Origin: Salinispira sp.
GTDB lineage: Bacteria > Spirochaetota > Spirochaetia > DSM-27196 > Salinispiraceae
Reading direction: 5' to 3'
DNA: 64,000 bases
Assembly: GCA_965226555.1 (NCBI GenBank)
Contig: CBDDDG010000010.1
Location: 224,001 to 288,000, forward strand
A program made the position numbers and the translations under genes. The notes under the pieces were generated by a model. The model worked only from the letters and a program-made list of their open reading frames with translations, did no database searches and was not told where the DNA came from. Shown piece after piece: positions 29,773 through 38,044 of this stretch. The number at the start of each line of letters is the position of its first letter. The stretch's first letter is position 1.

Positions 29773-30393
29773 TTAGTGCGAATCATCTCCAGACAGAATG
29801 TGACGGCGGAAGACGAGCAGATAATCGACAAGCGAGAAAAGGGAGATCCCCGCTGCCGCGAAGAAGCAGGCATGGATGAAAATTTTAAGGCTGTCCTGCC
29901 CCGCAGAGGCGGCGGGCGCTGTTTCAGGATTAATCCACCGCAGGTACATAAACACAAGACTGAGAATTGATACTGCGGAATAGCATAAACTTTTAATTTT
30001 CCCGCTTATGCGCGCGGCAAGAAAGACCTTCTCCTTCGTGAGAACCATGCGGAGAAATACGCTGCCAAATTCACGATAGAGAATAATGAGAAAACTCAGC
30101 GGAGGCATGATGCCGATGACCGTAAATAGCAGAAAATACGATACCCGACTGATAATATCGGAAAAGGGGTCAAGCACCTTGCCGATGTCGGTAATCTGAT
30201 TCGTTTTGCGCGCAATGTAGCCGTCGATAAGATCGCTTGCTTCTATGTACAGGAAAAGCCCCACGAGAATTGGGAACACAAGGGAGCGGGGAACACCTGC
30301 CAACTGCGGAAGAAATGCGCATACAAAGAATGCCGGTGCGAGAATAATTCTGGATATCGTAAAAAAATTTGCAAGATTCATTTTATTGCTCAT
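29773..30393 (-). CDS. pgsA: CDP-diacylglycerol--glycerol-3-phosphate 3-phosphatidyltransferase-like protein
   Basis: NLANFFTISRI, SDLIDGYIARK...GKVLDPFSD, YRE, GKIKS. Confidence 0.82.
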   Translation of the reverse strand: MSNKMNLANFFTISRIILAPAFFVCAFLPQLAGVPRSLVFPILVGLFLYIEASDLIDGYIARKTNQITDIGKVLDPFSDIISRVSYFLLFTVIGIMPPLSFLIILYREFGSVFLRMVLTKEKVFLAARISGKIKSLCYSAVSILSLVFMYLRWINPETAPAASAGQDSLKIFIHACFFAAAGISLFSLVDYLLVFRRHILSGDDSH

Positions 30394-30429
30394 TCTCATT
30401 GACCTGTATGCCCGAGTTCCATATTCTAT

Positions 30430-31413
30430 ATGCGTATGAGAATTGCTGATCATAATAAACTTATTACAAGTATTAATCTATGTGTTTCAACTCTTTTGAT
30501 AATTCACGGAAGTATTTTTATTATTCTTGCGCTCATTTTCATGTTCCCGCAGCGTTTGATTTTCTCATTTATTACCGCGCTGATTCTTTACCATATCATG
30601 TTGATAATTGGTCTTTCCAGACTTTCCGACTTGTTTGTGTATTCACAGACAGGCGGGCAGAACATCGACAGTCAGAAGACAGACCGGCAGGATACCGGCG
30701 AGCATGATCATACTATCAGCAAAAAACGGCTTGACCATATAAACATTCCCATAATTCTCACGCTCATGCGAATTACCAGCCTCGTTACAATTATTGTACT
30801 CATATTCCTCATACATACCTACCCTCTTCTGAATGTACTCATTGTATACATGATTACCGCCTTCATTACCGACCTCCTCGATGGCATTGTCTCCCGCAGG
30901 ACACGGCAGACAACAATAATTGGCGCGTATCTGGACAGCATAAGCGATTATGCCATGCTCTTTACCATTTCCATTGCCTATTTCCGCTTTCATCTTCTGC
31001 CGGATTGGTTCATCATTCTGGTTATTATCCGCTTGGCTTTTCAGGCGACAATTGTTATCGGCATATCAATTCGAAAAGGAAGCATGGAAATTCACCGTTC
31101 AAGCGTGGTTGCGAAGGCAGCTATTTTCCTTGTGATGCTCACATATGCCTGCGCCCTGCTCCGTCTCTTTTCGAATCCGGGACCAATATATCTGCAATTC
31201 ATGCGTATTTTGGAGTGGATATGCACCATAGTTTTGCTTGTATCTCTGATGGAGAAGTGCATGCTGTTTCTTTACGACCTTCGATCCCGAAAACAGAAAA
31301 TGCGGGAAGCGGGAGGAGCGCAGGAAGGGGGAGGAGCGCGGGAAGAGCGCGGGGCGCGGGAAGGGCGCGGGGCGCAGGAAGGGGGAAGGGCGCGGGAAAA
31401 ATTAGGCGAGTGA
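30430..31413 (+). CDS. CDP-alcohol phosphatidyltransferase family protein
   Basis: TDLLDGIVSRR...IGAYLDSISD motif, multi-TM. The C-terminal tail is encoded by 18-bp G-rich repeats. Confidence 0.82.
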   Translation: MRMRIADHNKLITSINLCVSTLLIIHGSIFIILALIFMFPQRLIFSFITALILYHIMLIIGLSRLSDLFVYSQTGGQNIDSQKTDRQDTGEHDHTISKKRLDHINIPIILTLMRITSLVTIIVLIFLIHTYPLLNVLIVYMITAFITDLLDGIVSRRTRQTTIIGAYLDSISDYAMLFTISIAYFRFHLLPDWFIILVIIRLAFQATIVIGISIRKGSMEIHRSSVVAKAAIFLVMLTYACALLRLFSNPGPIYLQFMRILEWICTIVLLVSLMEKCMLFLYDLRSRKQKMREAGGAQEGGGAREERGAREGRGAQEGGRAREKLGE

Positions 31414-32937
31414 GTATACTGCGCGGTATTTTTCGCGCAGATAGTTCATGAAATGGGAAGCATTCAGAGTTTCTCCGCTTATTTCAACCGCAAGCTCCGC
31501 TGCCGTTTTGCTGGAACCGTAGCGGTATATCTTTTTCTGAAGCCATGAATGAATACCGGAGAACTCGCCGGCGGCGATCTGGCTCCCGACATCGGGCAGG
31601 TCCTTCACCATGGCGTTCCAGAACTGCGATGCGTAGAGGTTGCCCAGAGCATAGGTGGGAAAATAGCCAAAAAGGCCGGCGCTCCAATGCACATCCTGAA
31701 GAATACCCTCGGCTGCCGTTGCAGGGACAATGCCAAGCATGCTTTTCATACCCTCATTCCATGCCTCGGGAAGATCCTTCACCGCTATGTTTCTGCTGAT
31801 AATGTCTTTCTCAAGCTCAAAACGGAGCATGACATGCAAACTATAGGTAACTTCATCGGCTTCCACCCGAATAAACGAGGGCTCCACCTTGTTTATTCCG
31901 CGCCAGAATGTATCGGCTTCAATTCCTTCAAGATTTTCGGGGAATAGTTTTTTGAGCCCCGGCAGAAAATACTGCCAGAATTCGCGGCTGCGTCCGATGA
32001 GATTTTCCCATGTCCGCGACTGAGATTCGTGGATTCCCAAACTGGTTCCGCCTGCGAGAAGGTTGCCCCTGATATCCTCTCCCATACCAAGTTCATAAAA
32101 GCCGTGCCCTGCCTCATGAACAATACTGAGCAGGGAGGAATTGAAAAAATTCTCCATGTACCGTGTCGTAATGCGCACATCGTCATCGGATATTTCAGTG
32201 GTAAAGGGATGCGCAGAGACATCCAGACGCCCGCGATCCATGGGGTATTCAAATTTCTTCAGCACCTGACGGCCGAATTCTTCCTGGAATTGCGCGGGGT
32301 AATGCTTTGTAAGAAAGCTATTATCCACCTGAGGAGCATCGGCAATACGCTGTACAAGGGGAACTAATTCCGCCTTGAATTCAGAGAATATCCGATCCAC
32401 TTCCGCCGTTTTCATAGCTGGTTCATATTCATCGAGAAGGGGATCATAGGGGTGATCCTCATATCCGAATGTATCCGCAGATTGAAGCTTAAGATCAACG
32501 ATTTTCTCAAGCCAGGGCTGAAACAGGGAAAAATTATTATCCTGACGGGCGCGCGCCCATGCCGACTGGGCCTGGCTGCATGTTTCAGACAGGGCCTTTA
32601 CGAGGCTCGTTGGAAGTTTTGTTTCGCGGGAATACCTGCGATACACATACCGAATAAACGAACGTTCGGTTCGGGTCATGTCGGCGCAAACGGTGTCGCC
32701 GCCGAATGGCTGCGAGTCGCCCGCCTCCAGTTTGGCAAGCAGATTGCCAATTTCAGGAGCGGTAATTTTTTCATGCAGCAGCGCCGCAACCGCAGAACAT
32801 TGTCGGCTCCGGCTGAGAATGGCCTTTGGGGGCATGGTGGTTTCCTGATCCCAGTCGAGAAGGGCCGATACTCCTGACCATACTGTTATTTCCCTTCCCA
32901 GCTCCATAAGACGGTTCAGTGATTTTCGGGAATTCAT
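31402..32937 (-). CDS. Carboxypeptidase M32 (Taq-type)
   Basis: HPF, DVRITT, HEAGH (HEXXH), HESQS, IRVEAD, QDVHW, YFPTY. Confidence 0.95.
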   Translation of the reverse strand: MNSRKSLNRLMELGREITVWSGVSALLDWDQETTMPPKAILSRSRQCSAVAALLHEKITAPEIGNLLAKLEAGDSQPFGGDTVCADMTRTERSFIRYVYRRYSRETKLPTSLVKALSETCSQAQSAWARARQDNNFSLFQPWLEKIVDLKLQSADTFGYEDHPYDPLLDEYEPAMKTAEVDRIFSEFKAELVPLVQRIADAPQVDNSFLTKHYPAQFQEEFGRQVLKKFEYPMDRGRLDVSAHPFTTEISDDDVRITTRYMENFFNSSLLSIVHEAGHGFYELGMGEDIRGNLLAGGTSLGIHESQSRTWENLIGRSREFWQYFLPGLKKLFPENLEGIEADTFWRGINKVEPSFIRVEADEVTYSLHVMLRFELEKDIISRNIAVKDLPEAWNEGMKSMLGIVPATAAEGILQDVHWSAGLFGYFPTYALGNLYASQFWNAMVKDLPDVGSQIAAGEFSGIHSWLQKKIYRYGSSKTAAELAVEISGETLNASHFMNYLREKYRAVYSLA

Positions 32938-32965
32938 ACTGTCCTCCTGCCTAATGTTTTCCGGT

Positions 32966-33013
32966 CGGCTTCACATGAGCACGGCTTCACATGAGCGCGG
33001 CTTCACATGGGCG
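32966..33013. repeat. Three tandem 16-bp copies of the thrS stop-codon region
   Basis: CGGCTTCACATGAGCA / CGGCTTCACATGAGCG / CGGCTTCACATGGGCG. Confidence 0.75.
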
Positions 33014-34751
33014 CTCGTGAGCATATTTTTTCGGCGATCAGGCGCTTGAATTCGCTGATCGGCATGTTGTCTACACGTTCATTACTGCGTGTGCGGATTG
33101 ACACACTGCCTTCGGCAAGTTCCTTTTCGCCAATGATGATCATGTAGGGAATTTTTTGCTGCTGATGTTTGCGGATTTTGGCATTCATGCGCGCATCTGT
33201 GAGATCGGCAAAGGCGCGGAAACCGGAATTTTTCAGATCTTCCGCAACATCGTCAGCTCCTTTGTGGAAGGGGGGCGCAACAGGAATAACCGCGACCTGT
33301 TCGGGCGCAAGCCACAGCGGAAAGGCTCCGGCATAATGCTCAATGAGAATGCCGATAAATCTCTCAAGACTTCCAAGGACAGCCCGGTGAAGAAGAACCG
33401 GAGTATGCTTTTCCCCATCTTCCGCAATATACACGGCATTGAGGCGCTCAGGCGAAGGAAGTTGATAATCGACCTGCATGGTACCGCACTGCCAGTGACG
33501 GCCGAGAGCATCGACAAGAGTAAATTCAAGCTTGGGTCCATAGAAGGCTCCCTCGCCCCTTGCCAGTTCATAATCCAGCCCCGCCTGCTTACATGCGTCC
33601 GCGAGCGCTGCCTCGGCGCGGTCCCATGTCGCATCATCGCCAATGCGCTTCAGGGGACGGGTGGAAAATTTTACGATAACATTCTCACTGTTGAAACCAA
33701 AGTCGCTGTACAATTCTCTGAGAAGGCTGACAAAAAGCTTTACCTCGTCAACTATCTGTTCTTCTGTGCAGAAAATATGCGCATCGTCCTGAACAAAGCC
33801 CCGAACCCGCATGAGACCATGGAGGGCGCCGCTGGGTTCATTACGCGTACATGAACCAAATTCGGAAATTCTCAGGGGGAGATCACGATAGCTCTTTATA
33901 CCCTTTCTGAAAATCTCAATGTGCCCGGGACAGTTCATGGGTTTGAGTGCAAAGTCGCGCTTTTCACTCTCGGTAACAAACATGTTTTCCTGATATTTTT
34001 CCCAATGTCCCGAACGTTCCCAGAGGCTTCTGCTCATGAGCAGCGGCGTATGCACTTCCCGATACCCCTGCCGGGAAACGGCGGCGCGCACATGGTTCTG
34101 AATGTTCACATACAGGCTCCACCCGCGCGGATGCCAGAATATCTGCCCAGGATTATCATCTTCCATATGGAAGAGAGCAAGGCTTTTCCCGAGATTCCGA
34201 TGATCCCGTTTAGCAACTTCCCTGAGCCGCTCAAGATACATACGAAGCTGCTTGGGATTTTCCCAGACAGTGCCGTAGATACGGGTGAGCATTGGTCTGG
34301 TTGAATCGCCCCGCCAATATGCCCCCGCGATGCGAAGGAGCTTGAAACTCCGCCAGTCAATGTCTGCGGTATTTTCAACATGAGGACCGCGGCAGAGATC
34401 GGTAAAGGTATCGACAGTATACATGCTTACTTCCTCAGCCTCGGGGATGAGATCGATTAATTCCAGCTTGTATGCCTGCCCCGCAAAAAACCGCCTCGCT
34501 TCTTCCCGTGTAACAACAGTTTTTTCAAGTGTATGGTTTCCCCTGAGGATATCCCTCATGGAATTTTCCAGCTCTTCGAGATCTTCCAGTTTGAGCTGTT
34601 CAGGAAGGTCAAAATCGTAGTAAAACCCGTTTTCAATGGGCGGACCAATGGCAATTTTTGCATTGGGGAATTTTTTCAGTACGGCTTCGGCCATGACATG
34701 GGCAGTTGTATGCCGTATAACATACAGGCTATCCTGTTCTTTCGGTGTCAC
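33003..34751 (-). CDS. thrS: Threonine--tRNA ligase (short form without TGS domain)
   Basis: [44 protein letters not shown] start. Confidence 0.96.
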   Translation of the reverse strand: MTPKEQDSLYVIRHTTAHVMAEAVLKKFPNAKIAIGPPIENGFYYDFDLPEQLKLEDLEELENSMRDILRGNHTLEKTVVTREEARRFFAGQAYKLELIDLIPEAEEVSMYTVDTFTDLCRGPHVENTADIDWRSFKLLRIAGAYWRGDSTRPMLTRIYGTVWENPKQLRMYLERLREVAKRDHRNLGKSLALFHMEDDNPGQIFWHPRGWSLYVNIQNHVRAAVSRQGYREVHTPLLMSRSLWERSGHWEKYQENMFVTESEKRDFALKPMNCPGHIEIFRKGIKSYRDLPLRISEFGSCTRNEPSGALHGLMRVRGFVQDDAHIFCTEEQIVDEVKLFVSLLRELYSDFGFNSENVIVKFSTRPLKRIGDDATWDRAEAALADACKQAGLDYELARGEGAFYGPKLEFTLVDALGRHWQCGTMQVDYQLPSPERLNAVYIAEDGEKHTPVLLHRAVLGSLERFIGILIEHYAGAFPLWLAPEQVAVIPVAPPFHKGADDVAEDLKNSGFRAFADLTDARMNAKIRKHQQQKIPYMIIIGEKELAEGSVSIRTRSNERVDNMPISEFKRLIAEKICSRAPM

Positions 34752-36230
34752 TTAGTTCCTCTGCTCTTTCGTGAATGTATTGGTAAGTCGGGTATGAATT
34801 TTTTTGAGCGCATCCGATGAGGTTACATTAAACATTGTAAGCACAACGGGATCAATTGAGCCGTAATCGACTCTGCCCTCATCAACATTGGCAAGGATAT
34901 TTGCAAGATATACGGAAATAGTTACCGGATAACATTCCTTTGGAGCATCGAGCGGATTATGATGGAAACGTATTGCATTAACAAGCATGTCGGGAAAATT
35001 CCATTTTTCAGCAATAGTAGCGCCAATTTCGGCATGACTGAGTCCGATTGCAAAATTCTCAAACTGAGATGTCTCAATCCCCTTCTGCCGAGTAAATTCC
35101 TGAATTTTTTTCAACAGATCGGGATGCACGGTGCCGAAAACAATTTTACCAATGTCGTGTAAAATTCCGCCAATGTACACATCATCCAGAATGTCGTTTC
35201 GTTTTAAGAGCTCGCGGGCCAGCATATAGGCATAGTGCGCGGTGCGATGACTATGTTCCCACAGCATCTGTGTTTCCGGGGTTCCTGAGTCAATGGTTAT
35301 CTGCGCTCCATAAGAATAGAGAAGATTCTTAATTGCCTTTAGTCCAACAAGATTGACTGCCTCGTTGATATTGGTCATTCGTTTGGGAAGCATATAGTCC
35401 ACAGAATTAACCAGTTTCAGCAGATCGGCAGTGAGCGAAGGATCTGTTGATATCTTTCGGGAAACATCGCTGATCTTCGTATTGGGATCATTAAGTGCTT
35501 TCTGAAGGACAACGATGCTCTGCGGAAAATGCGGAATAGTATTAATGTGCTCAATAATTTTTTCAGATACTTCCTGAATTTTCTGGAGCTGCGCAGCCTT
35601 CACGGGAATGGTGATCCGCGCTATTGTTTCACCCCGTTCGGTGTCGACATCGAAGGTATGCTCATCGAGCCCGATCCTCTTGAGCATGAGTATCATAATA
35701 ACAAGTCCCAATCCGGCTCCTTCGCTGTCATCAAGAACACTTTCAAATGCTTCTTCCATATCCGTAAAGGCACGGGCATGAATTATCCGGTCGTAGACTC
35801 TCGATTTTTCCTCACGAGTCATTTCAGTATTGTTTACAACGTAAAGACTGAGAACATTGTTTTTTATGTGAAAAATTATTTTGATATACAGTCCCCGTGC
35901 TTTTTGCAGCTGCAGGTAATGTTGAATGTTCTCCAGAGTTGCCTGCTTGAATGTACTCATGCCCTTTTTGTAATCGTCTTCATTGGTGATATCGAGACCA
36001 AGTTCTTCAAAATATACCCGCTTGGTATTTGCCTTCTTTGCATTTACCGCCAACTCATTGAGGCAGTAAAACAGAGAATCGTGCAGTTCCCGCCTGCCGA
36101 GTTCCTTAAGAAAAATTTCAAGTATTTCATTCAGCTGCGCTTCGGTTGCAGGAGGAAGAATATATGTTTTTATTGCAAGCGGCACAGATCCGCGGGCTGC
36201 CTGCTGAATTTTTTTTCTGTCTATATTCAT
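34752..36230 (-). CDS. HDOD-domain protein with N-terminal HATPase-like domain
   Basis: ELAVNAKKA and GAGLGL (N and G boxes), then DPSLTADLLKLVNS, WEHS, LHDIGK, HAEIG. Confidence 0.82.
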   Translation of the reverse strand: MNIDRKKIQQAARGSVPLAIKTYILPPATEAQLNEILEIFLKELGRRELHDSLFYCLNELAVNAKKANTKRVYFEELGLDITNEDDYKKGMSTFKQATLENIQHYLQLQKARGLYIKIIFHIKNNVLSLYVVNNTEMTREEKSRVYDRIIHARAFTDMEEAFESVLDDSEGAGLGLVIMILMLKRIGLDEHTFDVDTERGETIARITIPVKAAQLQKIQEVSEKIIEHINTIPHFPQSIVVLQKALNDPNTKISDVSRKISTDPSLTADLLKLVNSVDYMLPKRMTNINEAVNLVGLKAIKNLLYSYGAQITIDSGTPETQMLWEHSHRTAHYAYMLARELLKRNDILDDVYIGGILHDIGKIVFGTVHPDLLKKIQEFTRQKGIETSQFENFAIGLSHAEIGATIAEKWNFPDMLVNAIRFHHNPLDAPKECYPVTISVYLANILANVDEGRVDYGSIDPVVLTMFNVTSSDALKKIHTRLTNTFTKEQRN

Positions 36231-36434
36231 TCGATATGCCCTGTGAAAATTTTGCTACTGAAAATTTTGCTCTGCAAAATTCTTTGTGAAAGTTCTGCAA
36301 AAATTTCTCATGCAATAATATAGGATTTTTGTAGGGAATGTAAATAGTTTTTTGTGCAGATGGTGGAATATAAACCTTTGGACAGCCCCCCTCCCGTCCA
36401 CTTATTCCGCATTCCCGAGCCCTCCCTCCCGTAG

Positions 36435-36515
36435 CCCCGAAAAAAATCACACATTATTCAAAATTCTCTCAAAAAACACAATTAAAAATGACAGTTTACC
36501 CGTCACAGATATAGA
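36435..36515 (+). promoter_or_regulatory. Conserved leader upstream of Rpn gene 2
   Basis: Aligns by eye with 10787-10880. Confidence 0.6.
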
Positions 36516-37321
36516 GGAGAGAATTCACCATGGGACCATGTCGCCATGGGAACTCCCCTATTCAGAAAGAAACGTTCAGGAGGATTGTATGATCGATTTC
36601 AAAGAAAAACCCGCCCCCGTTCCCTACGACCAAGGATACCGCTCCCTGCTGTTCCAACCCGCAATAATGCTCCAATTTCTTCAACGCTTTGTTGGAGGCG
36701 CGTGGACGAAAAAACTCCGCCGTGAAGATATAACCATCGAAAACGGCACATTTTTCATCGACCATGCGAAAACACGGATGGCCGACATTGTCTGCAAAAT
36801 AACGCAGAAGGATCACACGGGAGATGTTGTCATTTATGTGCTCCTTGAGCATCAGTCCGGCGTGGACAAAGACATGCCCCTTCGCATGTCGGAGTATACG
36901 AATCTGCTCTACCGGAACATTCACCGATCTGGAGCAATTCCCGATGACTGCGAGTTGGTATTTCTGCCCATTGTGTTCTATAATGGTACGAGAAAATGGA
37001 AGGTGCCAGGGAACGTCAGAGAGCAACGGAAGCGGGAATTCCCGCAGTATCTTGCTCCTTTTCCTTATGATCTGATAAGTGAGAGCGATTATTCTGCGGA
37101 GCAGCTACAGAGTCGGGGAAGAATGTTTGCGGCTGTTATGTACCTTGATCTGTACTCGAAAAATCTGCTGAATACGGATTGGGACATTCGGAAGGTGGAG
37201 AAAGCGATAGCAGAAATGCTGAATGAAGAATCGCTGGAGCTGATAGAGGAATTTATCGGCGTGGTAGATTCGATGTTTGGAATAGTTATAGACTTCGATA
37301 CGCTAATGAAACAATTAGAAG

Positions 37322-37447
37322 CAAAGTTTTGCCAGAGGCAAAACTTTCTATAAAATTGGAGAATGCTAAGCACAAAGAAAGCATTCCAAATTTGAAACTT
37401 TTGCTATTGGAAATTGTGCTTGCACAATTTTCCAATGCAAAAGTTTC
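37322..37447 (+). mobile_element. Palindromic MITE-like element, 126-bp copy inside Rpn gene 2
   Basis: Homologous to 16559-16656 and to the reverse complement of 60678-60804. Flanks AGAAG / AGAAA. Confidence 0.8.
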
Positions 37448-37487
37448 AGAAAGAACAAAAGAACCGAGAGGTAAGGAGGTAGCGAAA

Positions 37488-37832
37488 ATGTTCAGAATGA
37501 ATGCGGAAACATTCAGAGCGCGCATTGCGGAGATGGGTCGGCAGGAAGGCCTGCGAACAGGCCGTGAAGAAGGATTGCAAACAGGTCGGCAGGAAGGACT
37601 TCAGACAGGATTGCAAACAGGCCGTGAAGAAGGACTTCAGAAGGGGCTACAGACAGGTCGACAGGAAGGACTTCAAAAGGGGCTACAGGCAGGCCGCGCT
37701 GAGGGGCATATTGAGGAGCGGAGAAAAAACGCCCGTAGTATGTTTTTGGAAGGCTTGTCGACAGAGGCTGTTCAGAGGATTACCGGGCTGAGCGATGAGG
37801 AAATGCGGACATTGCGGAACGGATCGCATTAA
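37488..37832 (+). CDS. Small C-terminal Rpn protein (Rpn-S-like) from an internal start
   Basis: Strong SD AAGGAGGT then ATG 37488. 12/24-bp repeats encode G(R/L)(Q/E)(E/T/K)G, followed by an HTH-like tail. Confidence 0.65.
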   Translation: MFRMNAETFRARIAEMGRQEGLRTGREEGLQTGRQEGLQTGLQTGREEGLQKGLQTGRQEGLQKGLQAGRAEGHIEERRKNARSMFLEGLSTEAVQRITGLSDEEMRTLRNGSH

Positions 37833-37857
37833 GTTGGAACCGCTCGGCCTGCGCGCT

Positions 37858-37943
37858 AAAACTTTTGCATTGATAAAGTTTCGCCTGAGGCAATCCTCAT
37901 TGGAAAATTGTGCTTGCGCAATTTTCAGTAGCAAAAGTTTCTG
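37858..37943. repeat. Variant palindromic element downstream of Rpn 2
   Basis: AAACTTTTGCATTGATAAAGTTT...GAAAATTGTGC...CAATTTTCAG.AGCAAAAGTTTC, similar to 60810-60884. Confidence 0.65.
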
Positions 37944-38044
37944 GAAAAGTATTGTTGTGAATTGAAAAGACAACTCGGAAAAAAATTTGTATTTTGCAAA
38001 ATTTTCTTGACTAAATGATTAATATTTGCATGATACTGGTTTAT

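Larger units (their letters stand above)
36589..37832 (+). pseudogene. Rpn family nuclease interrupted by a 126-bp palindromic element (N-part ends 37353; C-terminal part has its own start at 37488)
   Basis: YDQGYRSL, ADIV, LLEHQS, MPLRM..Y, PIVFYNG; C-terminal GRQEG/GLQT repeats. Removing 131 nt restores the frame (KQLE-RTKEPRG). Confidence 0.82.

Noticed and set aside
36352..36588. ORF-track N-terminal extensions (36352, 23287, 62744, 52320, 44802, 18783, 38015)
   Set aside because: They run through intergenic repeats or upstream genes. Downstream starts fit better by SD sequence, gene overlap or family N-terminus.
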